A DNA stretch of 64,000 nt from Dehalococcoidia bacterium (GTDB lineage: Bacteria > Chloroflexota > Dehalococcoidia > Lucifugimonadales > DAOUAM01). Made by a program: the position numbers and the translations under genes. Location: the NCBI GenBank assembly GCA_034433305.1, contig DAOUAM010000089.1:3466-67465 (forward strand), read 5' to 3'. The notes beneath the pieces are model-generated. The model had not been told where the DNA came from and did no database searches. It was given only the letters and a program-made list of their open reading frames with translations. Within the stretch, counting starts at the first letter, position 1; every line of letters begins with the position of its first letter. Below, piece after piece: positions 8,703 through 17,762 of the stretch.

Positions 8703-9536
8703 TCAGTAGGGCAGTTGGGTCTCGGGGTGCGCCCGTATGTAGTGCGCCTGGTGGACGCCGAAGTTCTCCTGGAGCTGAATGCTCAGGCCGCCATCCACCA
8801 CCAGGGCGTGGCCCGTGATGAAGGATGCCTCGTCAGAGCACAGGAACACTATGGCGTTGGCGATGTCCACGGGGCGCCCGACCCTGCGCAGCGGGTACTG
8901 GTCCTCGAAGAAGCGCAGCCCGGTGGGGTTCTGTGCCCAGCGTTCCTGCATCCTCTCGGTGACTATGTGGCCTGGGCATATGGCGTTGACCCTGATGCCC
9001 ATGGGGCCAAAGTCAGTTGCCATCTGCCGCGTGACCCCTATGACCGCCGACTTGCCCGCTTCGTACACCAGGGAGCCGGGCGCCATGAGCAGCCCGTGGA
9101 CAGACGAGATGTTCACGATGCTGCCGCCGCCGACCTTCTGCATTTCCGGCACGGCGTACTTCACGGCCAGGAAGATGGACTTCACCAGCAGCGTCATGCC
9201 GGCGTCCCAGGTCTCTTCGGACACCTCCAGGGCGCTGCCGTGGCCGCCGGCGGTGGGGCTGTAGGCGTTGTTCACCAGGATGTCCAGCCTGCCCCAGAGC
9301 TGCACTGCCTTCTCTACCATCGCCCTGATGTCGGCGTGCCTGGACACGTCGGCGTGGAAGGCTACCGCCGTGTTGCCGGCCTCGCGTATGCGCGCGACGT
9401 TGGCCTCGGCTGCCTTGGTCTCTATGTCGGCGATGAGCACCCTGGCCCCCTCCTCGGCCAGCCGGCGCGCGGTGGCGCCGCCTATCCCCAGCGCCCCTCC
9501 CGTTACAATGGCGACCCTGTCCTTTAGCCTTTGCAC
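8703..9536 (-). CDS. SDR family oxidoreductase
   Basis: Motifs TGGALGIGGATARRLAEEG (TGxxxGxG), NNAY and YEAGK (YxxxK). I prefer GTG at 9536 (MQRLKDRVAIVTGG, GGAG 8 nt upstream) over the track start 9608, but the start is uncertain. Confidence 0.85.
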   Translation of the reverse strand: MQRLKDRVAIVTGGALGIGGATARRLAEEGARVLIADIETKAAEANVARIREAGNTAVAFHADVSRHADIRAMVEKAVQLWGRLDILVNNAYSPTAGGHGSALEVSEETWDAGMTLLVKSIFLAVKYAVPEMQKVGGGSIVNISSVHGLLMAPGSLVYEAGKSAVIGVTRQMATDFGPMGIRVNAICPGHIVTERMQERWAQNPTGLRFFEDQYPLRRVGRPVDIANAIVFLCSDEASFITGHALVVDGGLSIQLQENFGVHQAHYIRAHPETQLPY

Positions 9537-9707
9537 TTCAGGTACTCCATGTGATAATAGTTGGCGACTTTGCCACAACATCTTTGCACAAAGCCCCTCA
9601 GACCGCAATTGCTGGCCAGGGGCTGGGCCTGTGCCGTCCCCGCGAGGCGCCTCGCGGGGTATGCACGCCGGCAGCCGCAGTCCCTGCTACGCGGGAGCGT
9701 GTACCTT

Positions 9708-9959
9708 ATGCCTGACGATATCATCGGCATGGACGACATGATGGCCGTATTCGAGGTCACAGACCGCTTTGGCATAGACCGGGAGCAGATAAGCGTGCTC
9801 CTGGAGAAGTCCGGGCTGGGCGCCGTCAGGAAGGACGCCTCGGGCGGCGTGGAGATCGTGGTCCCGGCCCAGGTGCCCACGCGAGAGTGGCTGCCGACGC
9901 TGCAGGCCGAGCTGGAGCGCCTGGGTTTCCAGTTGCAGGAGGAGGATGGCCAGTTTTGA
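9708..9959 (+). CDS. hypothetical 83-aa protein
   Basis: ATG at 9708. G+C-rich third codon positions run through MPDDIIGMDDMMAVFEVTDRFGIDREQISVLLEKSGLG...ERLGFQLQEEDGQF. I recognise no family. Confidence 0.4.
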   Translation: MPDDIIGMDDMMAVFEVTDRFGIDREQISVLLEKSGLGAVRKDASGGVEIVVPAQVPTREWLPTLQAELERLGFQLQEEDGQF

Positions 9960-10088
9960 GGAGGCTGGTATCCTGCCAGCAGCTATAAGCCGCTCCGGTG
10001 CCTTCTGCTACAATATATGGGACCCAAAGCTACGACGGTTGGGACCGGGGAAGCAGAGCAGGTCCGCTTTCAGGACGGAGGTGAACAG

Positions 10089-11279
10089 ATGAAGTGGACT
10101 TCCGCAGTGTCCGACAGGCCTTCTCTAGCTGATGCCGTTGCCGAGTGCGCCGCCCGGCTCCAGGAGGAGCTAGGCGGCCTCAAGACCGACCTCCTGGTTG
10201 CCTTTCCCTCGGCCCACCACGCGAAGGAGTACAGCCGAGTCCCACAACTGGTGCGCCAGCACGTCAGCACGGGCCTGCTGGTGGGCTGCTCAGGCGGAGG
10301 CGTTATTGGCGCTGGACGTGAGATAGAGCACCGCCCTGGGTTCGCCCTGGCCGCCGCGCACCTGCCCAACGTGCGCCTGGTGCCGCTCCGCATGGAGGAC
10401 GCGGCGCTGCCCGACGAAGATGCCGCGCCGGAACGCTGGGAGGCCCTGCTGGGCGTGCAGGCCAGCCAGGCGCCACACTTCCTGCTCCTGGCCGACCCCT
10501 TCAGCATCCGGGGCGAGGTGATGCTCTCTGGGCTGGACTACGCCTTCCCTCGCAGCGTCAAGATAGGTGGCCTCGCCAGCGGCGCTCACCAGCCTGGCGG
10601 CAACGCCCTGTACCTGGACAGCGAGGTCTATCGCGTGGGCGCTGTCGGCGTGGCCTTATACGGAGATATTGAGGTGGACACCATCGTCGCCCAGGGCTGC
10701 CGCCCCATCGGCAAGCCAATGCAGGTGACGGCATGCCACCGCAACCTGCTGCTGGAGCTGGACGGCCAGACGCCCTTCGAGGCACTCAAGGAGGTCTTCG
10801 AGGGACTGAGCGAGCGGGACCGGCAACTGGCCCAGCACTCCCTTTTCCTGGGCGTGGTCATGGACGAGTTCAACGACAGCCCGCAACTGGGCGACTTCCT
10901 GGTGCGCAACATCATAGGCGTTGATCCCCAGCGTGGCATCCTCGCCATCGGCGAGATGCTCAGGGAAGGGCAGACGGTGCAGTTCCACCTGAGGGACGCC
11001 CTGACCTCGTCCCAGGACCTGGACGCCATGCTCAGCAGGTACGTGGAGGCCCATCCCAGCCACCAGGACGCCGGGGCCTTGCTGTTCTCCTGCCTTGGCC
11101 GCGGCTCATACCTTTATGGCCGGCCCGACCACGATACCGAGATGTTCAAGCAGAAGGTGGGCAACCTCCCCCTGACCGGCTTCTTCTGCAACGGCGAGAT
11201 CGGCCCGGTGGGAGGCATGACCTTCCTGCACGGCTACACCAGTTCCTTCGGTATCTTCCACTCCAGGCGCGGGGAGTAG
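10089..11279 (+). CDS. FIST (N and C) domain sensory protein
   Basis: ATG at 10089 follows GGAGGTG. The product MKWTSAVS...DLLVAFPSAHH...LLFSCLGRG...FFCNGEIGPVGG.TFLHGYTSSF has typical FIST_C motifs. Confidence 0.8.
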   Translation: MKWTSAVSDRPSLADAVAECAARLQEELGGLKTDLLVAFPSAHHAKEYSRVPQLVRQHVSTGLLVGCSGGGVIGAGREIEHRPGFALAAAHLPNVRLVPLRMEDAALPDEDAAPERWEALLGVQASQAPHFLLLADPFSIRGEVMLSGLDYAFPRSVKIGGLASGAHQPGGNALYLDSEVYRVGAVGVALYGDIEVDTIVAQGCRPIGKPMQVTACHRNLLLELDGQTPFEALKEVFEGLSERDRQLAQHSLFLGVVMDEFNDSPQLGDFLVRNIIGVDPQRGILAIGEMLREGQTVQFHLRDALTSSQDLDAMLSRYVEAHPSHQDAGALLFSCLGRGSYLYGRPDHDTEMFKQKVGNLPLTGFFCNGEIGPVGGMTFLHGYTSSFGIFHSRRGE

Positions 11280-11499
11280 CCAGCCTGCGGGGTGCCTGTG
11301 GAGCAGTCCCAGGACTCATCAACCTGGTCTGACACCGGCCCTGCCTGAAAGTGACAGGTTTCCGCTCGCCCCTTCGGCTCCTCTCAGGGCAGCTCTGGGC
11401 CTGTGGAAAGGCGCGCTCGTGGTCCGACAAGCCCGTCCTGAGCCTGCCGAAGGACTCACCACGAGCAGCCTTATGGGCAAATCTGTCCGCTTTTGGACT

Positions 11500-12825
11500 C
11501 TACCTGGCGCGGCTGGCCTCGAGCCGGTCGAAGAGGGTGTCCCTGGACTCCCTGGAGAAGAGGCCCACTTGCGTGGCGCCGCTGGCGTCGCTGGCTGTGA
11601 CGCGGAGGATGGTCTCGCCGTCTATTGCCACGGCTAGCTGGTGGCCCCTGGCCGTTACCTGGAAGCGCCGCGTGGTGCCTGGCGCGCCCCAGTGGTAGGC
11701 TGTGCGGCCAAGCTCCCTGAACTCGCCATTGAGACGTTGGCCCACGACCATGTCGCCGACGCCGTCGAACCAGGCCATAAGCCAGTTGGCCTCGTCCTGG
11801 TAGCGGGCCACCAGGCCGGCGTAGCCGCTGCGCCAGGTTATTTCGGCCTCCACCATCACATCGGCCTCGCCTGAGTCTATGACCGCCCGCTGGTCGGTGT
11901 CGGCGGCGGTGGTCTCGACGAGCATGCCCGTGCCGCTGGCCTGCGGCGGGTGCGTGGCAATCTTCCATATGCCCCTGGCTTCCCACCAGGCGCGGCCCTC
12001 GGGGGCGACGTCGGGCGCGTGGAGCGACAGGCTGGTGCCATCCCTGTCCTTGAAGTCGTCAGAGACCAGCACGCCGCTGGGCCTGGGCGGGGACTTCGGC
12101 CCGGCCGCCGAGAGCACCCGGAAGCTATCGAAGGAGGTATTCACGGACTCCCTGGAGAACAGGCCCACGGATGTACCGGCCTGTAGCTCCGGGGCCGTCC
12201 GGCGGAGGAGCGTCGCGCCGTCCACGGCGACCACGACCGCCGGGCCGATGGCCGCCACCTGGAACAGCCGCGTGGTGCCTGGCGCGCCCCAGTGGTAGGC
12301 TGTACGGCCAAGCTCACTGAACTCGCCATTGAGACGTTGGCCCACGACCACGTCGCCGACGCCGTCGAACCAGGCCATGAGCCAGTTGGCCTCGTCCTGG
12401 TAGCGGGCCACCAGGCCGGCGTAGCCGCTGCGCCAGGTTATTTCGGCCTCCACCATCACATCGGCCTCGCCTGAGTCTATGACCGCCCGCTGGTCGGTGT
12501 CGGCGCCCGTCAGCTCCACCACGCGGCCCTTGCCTGCTGCCTGGGGAGGGCTGGCCGAGATGCGCCACACGCCCCGGACCTCGGTCCAGGCGCTGCCCTC
12601 AGGGGCCTCGTCGGGGGCGTGGTCGGCCAGGCGCGTCCTGTCCCGGCCCTTGAAGGTGTCCAGGACCAGCAGGCCGCCTTCCGGGTCGCCCGACACGACG
12701 GCGGGCCGAGGGCCGCCCCCGGGCCACGGCAAGGCCCACGCCAGGGCAAGCAGCGCCCCGGCGGCCGTCAGGGCGAGCAGAAGGCGCAGCATCGTCCCGT
12801 GTACTTGCCTGGTGCCCCGGCGCAT
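11500..12825 (-). CDS. secreted protein with two tandem ~200-aa jelly-roll/LamG-like domains (function unknown)
   Basis: Signal-like N-terminus MLRLLLALTAAGALLALAWA; the start may be ATG at 12792. Two homologous halves each contain DTDQRAVIDSGEADVMVEAEITWRSGYAGLVARYQDEANWLMAWFDGVGD. Confidence 0.75.
   Translation of the reverse strand: MRRGTRQVHGTMLRLLLALTAAGALLALAWALPWPGGGPRPAVVSGDPEGGLLVLDTFKGRDRTRLADHAPDEAPEGSAWTEVRGVWRISASPPQAAGKGRVVELTGADTDQRAVIDSGEADVMVEAEITWRSGYAGLVARYQDEANWLMAWFDGVGDVVVGQRLNGEFSELGRTAYHWGAPGTTRLFQVAAIGPAVVVAVDGATLLRRTAPELQAGTSVGLFSRESVNTSFDSFRVLSAAGPKSPPRPSGVLVSDDFKDRDGTSLSLHAPDVAPEGRAWWEARGIWKIATHPPQASGTGMLVETTAADTDQRAVIDSGEADVMVEAEITWRSGYAGLVARYQDEANWLMAWFDGVGDMVVGQRLNGEFRELGRTAYHWGAPGTTRRFQVTARGHQLAVAIDGETILRVTASDASGATQVGLFSRESRDTLFDRLEASRAR
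11667..11905. repeat. intragenic direct repeat, unit 1 (partner 12267..12505, offset exactly 600 bp)
   Basis: Manual alignment gives 4 mismatches in 239 bp (at 11704, 11716, 11751, 11779). The flanks of the duplicated domain are much more diverged. Confidence 0.9.
12267..12505. repeat. intragenic direct repeat, unit 2 (partner 11667..11905)
   Basis: Same alignment as unit 1. Confidence 0.9.
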
Positions 12826-12970
12826 TGCAGACCTCCGCTGGCGTGATGGCTATGTGTATAGCATATTCGTCGCCAGGCGTGCCAGGGGCATGCAAATACG
12901 AAGGAGGGCGCCCGGGCCGGGAGCCTGGCCCGAACGCCCTCCGTGCCACAAGGAGGCGCGTGCGCCGACA

Positions 12971-12992
12971 GGCCGGCGTCGTGTCGCCGGCC
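12971..12992 (-). terminator. GC-rich hairpin downstream of the alpha-2-macroglobulin gene
   Basis: ggccggcg-tcgtgt-cgccggcc forms an 8-bp stem about 20 nt after the stop at 13011. There is no U-tract. Confidence 0.35.
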
Positions 12993-13010
12993 GCCCTTTC
13001 ACCCCTCCCC

Positions 13011-16000
13011 TCAGTTGCCCTTACCCTGCTCCGCCACCGTCACGGGCACGCCCAGCGTCTCGCCCCTCCATTCTGGCCGATAGTAGGAGTAGGCCTGGGA
13101 GGCCACGCCTCTGGCCTGGACCGGGTACAGCGCCCGCGCCTGGAACTGGAAGGCCAGCGACTCGCCCGGCCCCATGTCCTCGATGTAGAAGATGACCTTG
13201 CGCCCGGCCACGTCGAAGCGCTTCACCTTCGGCTCGTCCTCCAGCACCGCCTCGATGGACTCGGTGACCGGCGCGAAGCCCGTGGGCACCGCGATGTCCA
13301 GCACCACCATGCCCGCCTCCATCGGCTCCGGCGGGTTGAAGCCGACCTCCACCTTCAGGGTGATGAGGTCGTCCACCTCCACGCGGTCGGTGTCGTACTC
13401 CACGCTTATGTCGAAGATGCTCTGGCTGGCCTCCCTGGCGCGGGGCAGGTTGTAGCGCAGCACCGCCTGGAGCACCACGTCGCCCTTGCCCCTGGCCTGG
13501 ACGCTCACCTTGCCACCTACCGGCGCCTGGATGACCTGGAGCACGTCGGCGTTTTCGGGCTTGACCCTGACCTCTTTGCTCCAGCCGTCGCCCTCCAGCG
13601 TCAGCGTCATGTCCACGTCGCTCCTGGAGCTGGTGGCGTAGGTGGTCAGGGCCTGGAGGCCCACCACCGTGTCCTGGGTGGAGCCGAAGCCGCCGAAGGC
13701 GTTGCGCTGGGACGCCAGCCAGCGCGAGGCGCGGGAGGCGTTGAGTCTGTCGCCGTGCTCCAGCAGCGCCAGGGTGGCGTAGCCGGTGGTCTCCACGGCG
13801 GCGCTGCGGCCAGGCTGCATGTCGTAGGGCATGGGCGGCCCGGAGCGCTGCGGCACAGGCTCCAGAATGGCAGGCTCATCGCCCCAGTACAGGCCCTCGT
13901 CGCTCTCCTTCGCCATGCCCATGAGCTTCTCGTAGGCGTCGTCGGCCCTGGGGTTGTCGGCCAGCTCCAGAGCGTAGGCCACAATGGCCATGGTGTAGGC
14001 GTCCTCGATATCGTCCAGTTGGCCCTCCAGGTACCCCACGGCCTTCTCGGCGGCGTCCGCCTCGCCGGCCTCCATGAGGGCCACGGCCACGAAGGCGGTC
14101 AGGGCGTTCTTGCCCTGCAGCCCGCCCAGCAGCTCCTGGTGGTGCAGGAAGCCCACTGGCTCGAAGGAGCCGTCCCGCAACTGGTGGTCTGTAATCCAGT
14201 CGGCGGCGTCATCCAGCACGGCCTGGTCAATGAACATCAGGCCCCTGGCCTGGGCTAAGGTCTTGAGGACGAAGGCGGTGAGCCACAGGCTGCCCTCCTC
14301 GTCGCTGTCGCCGAAGGCCGAGAAGCTGCCGTCGGCGCGGCGATAGGTCAGCTCCCGCTGGTAGCCGGTCATCATCAGCAGCTCGGCCCTGGCCATGACC
14401 TCGGGCTTGAGCTGGTTGGTCTCCTTCAGGTAGCGGGCTATGAAGACGTTGGGCGCGAACAGTACCATGTTCTGCTCGCCGCAGCCGAAGGGCATCTGGA
14501 GCAGCCCCTCCAGCCCCTCGATGGTCTGGGTGAGGTAGCTGCCCGTCACGGCGATGAAGGCCCGAGCCGAGCCTTCGATGACGTCGTCCGGCACGCCCAG
14601 GTCGAACTCGTGGGACTTGCCGGCGGCCAGCACCAGGTTCTGCACCGCCTCACGCTGCACGCCCTCCGGCTCCACCAGCAGGTCCTTGATGACGGCGTCG
14701 GCGGCCTCGCGGCTGCGGGCGGTGACCTTCAATGGGTTGCTGCCCAGTTCCTTTGGCCGGATGCGGAACTCCACGCCGCCAATGTCGCTGGCCCCCACGG
14801 TGACGGACTTGGCAGGCTCATCCAGCAGGTCGAACCAGTCGGCCTCCTCCAGCTCCACGAAGATTTCCTGGGGGCTGTCCAGGTAGTTGTACAGGGCCAC
14901 CCTCACCGGGAACTCCTCGCCCCGAATGGCCGAGTAGGGCAGGTCTACCTGGAGGAAGAAGGGCTGGAAGACCCTGAGCTGGCCCTCGGCGACGCCCAGG
15001 CCATGCTCCCTGGAGATGCCCACGGCGCGGAGCATCCAGGTGGTGATGCTGTCGGGGGCCTCCACCGGCACCGTCTTGGTGCCGTCGGCGTCTGTGTCCA
15101 CGTCCAGCCACAGCCAGGTCTCGGGGAAGAACTGGCGGACGCGCTGCACCTCGGCCAGCCCCTCGGGGGCCTGGCCGGCGGCCATGGTCGGCGCTGGCGC
15201 AGGGGTGGCCATCGGAGGCGCGGCCGGCGCGGCGACCGCATCGGCCAGCGCCCGCTCCATGAAGGGCCATCTATTGTTCGCCAGCTTCTCGCCCTCGGGC
15301 ACCGTCTTGTTGGTCATGACCACCACGCCGGCATCCTGGAAGGTCTCCCTGGCGCCCCGCGTGGTGATGGGGCCGATGGGCCTGGCCTCGTGCAGCTCCA
15401 CCTGGGGCTGCTGGTATAGCCGCTCCAGCTCGTCGAAGACCTGCTGGAGGTTGAGGCGGTTTTCGGCCAGGATGAAGACCGACCTGTCCACGGCCACCAG
15501 GCCGACCCTGGCCGGCCCCTGCGTCTGGAGCTGGATGCCCACGCTGTCGCCGGGCCTGACCTGCTCCTGGCTGAAGGCGACCTCCACCTGGTGGGGGTAA
15601 TCGGCCTCGACCTCGAAGGGCAGGAAGTCAGCCGCGACCTCGCTGTTGGGCAGCACCTGGTACACCAGCAGGCGCGACGAAGGCGCCATCAGGTGCGTCA
15701 CGGTGATGGCAATGTCCGGCGACCGGGAGACCTGGGAGAAGATGGCCCGGCCCCGCGATATGACCTCGTAGTAGAAGCTGGAAGCCTCCCGGGTGGAGTG
15801 GACGTGGAACCTGATGGCGTCGCCGACCCTTGGGGTGCCCTCGCTCACCTGCTCCAGGTGGATGAAGTTGCCCGAAGGCGAGTAGCCGGCCTGGAGGGCC
15901 AGCGTGGTGTAGGCCTGGGCCTCCTCGCCCTCGACGCGGCTGGTTGCCGTGGCCTCCAGGTTCAGCGAGACGCTGTCCTCCGGTGGCGTGGTCCTGGCTA

Positions 16001-17234
16001 TGGCCTTGCCCTGCTCCGTGGTGACCCGGACGGTCTCCTGCTCCAGGTTATCGAAGTCCCTGTCCATGTAGGACAGGTTGAGTTGCACCTGGGCGTCCAC
16101 CGGCTGCCCGTCGGGCGTCTCGGTGACCACCAGGAAGGAGAAGGGCAGGCCGGGCTTGAAGGCGTTGCTCTCGGGTATCACCTGGAGACTTACAGGAGTG
16201 GCTGCCACCGTCAGCAGGTGGGTGCTCTTCTCCTCGTAGCCGGTGGCCTTCTCCCTGACCGTGACCTCCAGGGTGACGTTGCCCATGCCCTGGGCGCCGG
16301 GTACGCCGGCCACGTAATGGACCGGCGGAAGCTCGAACTCCACCTGGCCGTCCAGGTCCCTGGTGAGGCGGGCGTACTCTTCCCACTGGCCCACGTAGCG
16401 GGAGGCGACAATCTCCACCTCGCCCACCACGGGCTTGCCGAAGGTGTACTCGGCGGCCACCTTGCCCCGGACAGGCTCGCTGGCCAGCACCCAGTCCTTC
16501 TCGGTCTGGACGTCCACCTCGTACTTGGGCAGCACGTACTCCTCCACCCGCACGTCCACCTCGGCCACGCGGTCGCCCAGCCTGGCGGTGACCTTCCAGG
16601 TGCCCAGGTTAGGTTCGGTGGACAGGGGCATGTCCAGGGACACCATGCCGTAGTCGTCGGTGGAAACGTCCTTCTTGAAGACCTTGGTGCCCTTGGCGTC
16701 CTGGACCTCCACGGTGACGTCGGCCGGCCAGGGCTTCAGGTCAATGTCCAGGGTTATGACGCGGATGTGGATGGTCTGGCCGGGCTTGTAGATGGGCTTG
16801 TCCGTCTCCACGAAGGCTAGGGTGCCGTCCTCGACCCTGAGCTTGGCCCTGTCGGCGAAGCCGGGGCCGCTGACCTCCAGTTCGTAGTCGCCCCGGGCCA
16901 TGCGAGGCACCTGCAGCGGGACGCTGGAGGTGCCCCTGACAACGGAGTAGGACTCGGACACGCGCTGGCCGTCCTTGAGCAGCGCCAGGCGCACGAGGCC
17001 GGCCGCGGGCGCGTTGCCGCTGAGCAGCGAGAGGGACACGTTTTCGGTATGGCCGGAGCGCAGCACGCTGGGCGCCAGCGCCACGTAGCTGTCAGGCTGC
17101 GGATAGCTGGACGGCTCAGGCTCCGGCGTAGCAGGCTGTGAAACATCCACGTGCTTCGTGAAAGGTGGCATGCACGCAGCCATGAATACGAGTACCAGGG
17201 ACGCGAGGGTAAGCAGCCTGGCAGGGGTGGACAT
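13011..17234 (-). CDS. alpha-2-macroglobulin family lipoprotein with intact thioester motif
   Basis: 1407 aa. Lipobox in LVLVFMAAC. Thioester CGEQ in MPFGCGEQNMVLF. It has multiple MG-like repeats and a C-terminal receptor-binding-like domain. Confidence 0.9.
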   Translation of the reverse strand: MSTPARLLTLASLVLVFMAACMPPFTKHVDVSQPATPEPEPSSYPQPDSYVALAPSVLRSGHTENVSLSLLSGNAPAAGLVRLALLKDGQRVSESYSVVRGTSSVPLQVPRMARGDYELEVSGPGFADRAKLRVEDGTLAFVETDKPIYKPGQTIHIRVITLDIDLKPWPADVTVEVQDAKGTKVFKKDVSTDDYGMVSLDMPLSTEPNLGTWKVTARLGDRVAEVDVRVEEYVLPKYEVDVQTEKDWVLASEPVRGKVAAEYTFGKPVVGEVEIVASRYVGQWEEYARLTRDLDGQVEFELPPVHYVAGVPGAQGMGNVTLEVTVREKATGYEEKSTHLLTVAATPVSLQVIPESNAFKPGLPFSFLVVTETPDGQPVDAQVQLNLSYMDRDFDNLEQETVRVTTEQGKAIARTTPPEDSVSLNLEATATSRVEGEEAQAYTTLALQAGYSPSGNFIHLEQVSEGTPRVGDAIRFHVHSTREASSFYYEVISRGRAIFSQVSRSPDIAITVTHLMAPSSRLLVYQVLPNSEVAADFLPFEVEADYPHQVEVAFSQEQVRPGDSVGIQLQTQGPARVGLVAVDRSVFILAENRLNLQQVFDELERLYQQPQVELHEARPIGPITTRGARETFQDAGVVVMTNKTVPEGEKLANNRWPFMERALADAVAAPAAPPMATPAPAPTMAAGQAPEGLAEVQRVRQFFPETWLWLDVDTDADGTKTVPVEAPDSITTWMLRAVGISREHGLGVAEGQLRVFQPFFLQVDLPYSAIRGEEFPVRVALYNYLDSPQEIFVELEEADWFDLLDEPAKSVTVGASDIGGVEFRIRPKELGSNPLKVTARSREAADAVIKDLLVEPEGVQREAVQNLVLAAGKSHEFDLGVPDDVIEGSARAFIAVTGSYLTQTIEGLEGLLQMPFGCGEQNMVLFAPNVFIARYLKETNQLKPEVMARAELLMMTGYQRELTYRRADGSFSAFGDSDEEGSLWLTAFVLKTLAQARGLMFIDQAVLDDAADWITDHQLRDGSFEPVGFLHHQELLGGLQGKNALTAFVAVALMEAGEADAAEKAVGYLEGQLDDIEDAYTMAIVAYALELADNPRADDAYEKLMGMAKESDEGLYWGDEPAILEPVPQRSGPPMPYDMQPGRSAAVETTGYATLALLEHGDRLNASRASRWLASQRNAFGGFGSTQDTVVGLQALTTYATSSRSDVDMTLTLEGDGWSKEVRVKPENADVLQVIQAPVGGKVSVQARGKGDVVLQAVLRYNLPRAREASQSIFDISVEYDTDRVEVDDLITLKVEVGFNPPEPMEAGMVVLDIAVPTGFAPVTESIEAVLEDEPKVKRFDVAGRKVIFYIEDMGPGESLAFQFQARALYPVQARGVASQAYSYYRPEWRGETLGVPVTVAEQGKGN

Positions 17235-17337
17235 AGGCCTTCCTCCCGCTGTGTTTTGATATTAAGACGCGCCCATTGGGCAAAAAGTTCCCGGCGAGTT
17301 GCAGGTACGGCTGGACAGGCGCGGACAGTCCATTAGG

Positions 17338-17406
17338 GGACAGGCCCGAGCCTGTCGAGGGGGCAAGCTGGAGAGAGGGCCATAGATTGGCCGAGGTATT
17401 GCCCTT
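17338..17406. repeat. dispersed intergenic repeat, copy A left half (matches 51275..51343)
   Basis: ggacaggcccgagcctgtcgagggggcaagctg.agag.gggccatagattggcc.....ttgccctt is shared with copy B, with about 6 mismatches in 69 bp. Confidence 0.8.
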
Positions 17407-17628
17407 AGAGGGTGTGTGAGAACTCGTTCCCCGCAGGGCTGGGACTTGGTCAAGGCAAGGCGCCTGGCCCCCTTCCTGGCCTTCCCCCACAGGGGGAAGG
17501 GAGGGTTCTCGCCCCCTCTGGGGGAGAGTCAGAGAGGGGGCTGGCCTTGCCACCAGCCCAGCATCAATATGCATCACGTCCCCACTTCTCCCGGTAAGGG
17601 CTAGAACAAGGCTTCTCACACACCCTCT
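17407..17628. mobile_element. 222-bp MITE-like element with 16-bp perfect terminal inverted repeats, nested in the dispersed repeat
   Basis: Left end AGAGGGTGTGTGAGAA (17407..17422) and right end TTCTCACACACCCTCT (17613..17628) are exact reverse complements. There is no ORF inside. The element is absent from the otherwise collinear copy at 51275..51405. Confidence 0.6.
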
Positions 17629-17636
17629 TAAAGACC

Positions 17637-17692
17637 GGGGGTGAGGTCGGCCTGGCCTGGCTGCCTCCCAGCTACCCTCAAATACCGTCCGC
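17637..17692. repeat. dispersed intergenic repeat, copy A right half (matches 51351..51405)
   Basis: gggggtgaggtcggcc.ggcc.gg..gcctcccagctac.ct.aaa.a..tccgc is shared with copy B. Confidence 0.75.
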
Positions 17693-17762
17693 TTTTGGAC
17701 TGGGTGGGAGGGCTGTCCTCTTTTATTGCTCAAGAGGCGTGATCTGTTCTTGCGAGTCCGCG

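Noticed and set aside
9638-9659. Perfect 10-bp GC palindrome ccccgcgagg-cg-cctcgcgggg in the divergent spacer
   Set aside because: The loop is too small for a stable terminator, and it lies between two divergent starts rather than after a gene. It may be a protein-binding palindrome, but nothing supports that.
12871-12885. Sigma54-like -24 element CTGGCACG upstream (minus strand) of the tandem-domain gene
   Set aside because: The -12 element is missing. After TGGCACG-N4 the sequence is GCGA instead of TTGC, and no enhancer-binding protein gene is nearby.
12825-16820. Series of long plus-strand ORFs (12825..14258, 14610..15419, 15591..16820 and others)
   Set aside because: All are antisense to the 1407-aa alpha-2-macroglobulin gene, which has clear family motifs. 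Their products are His/Gly/Arg/Val-rich and low-complexity, typical of shadow ORFs in high-G+C DNA.
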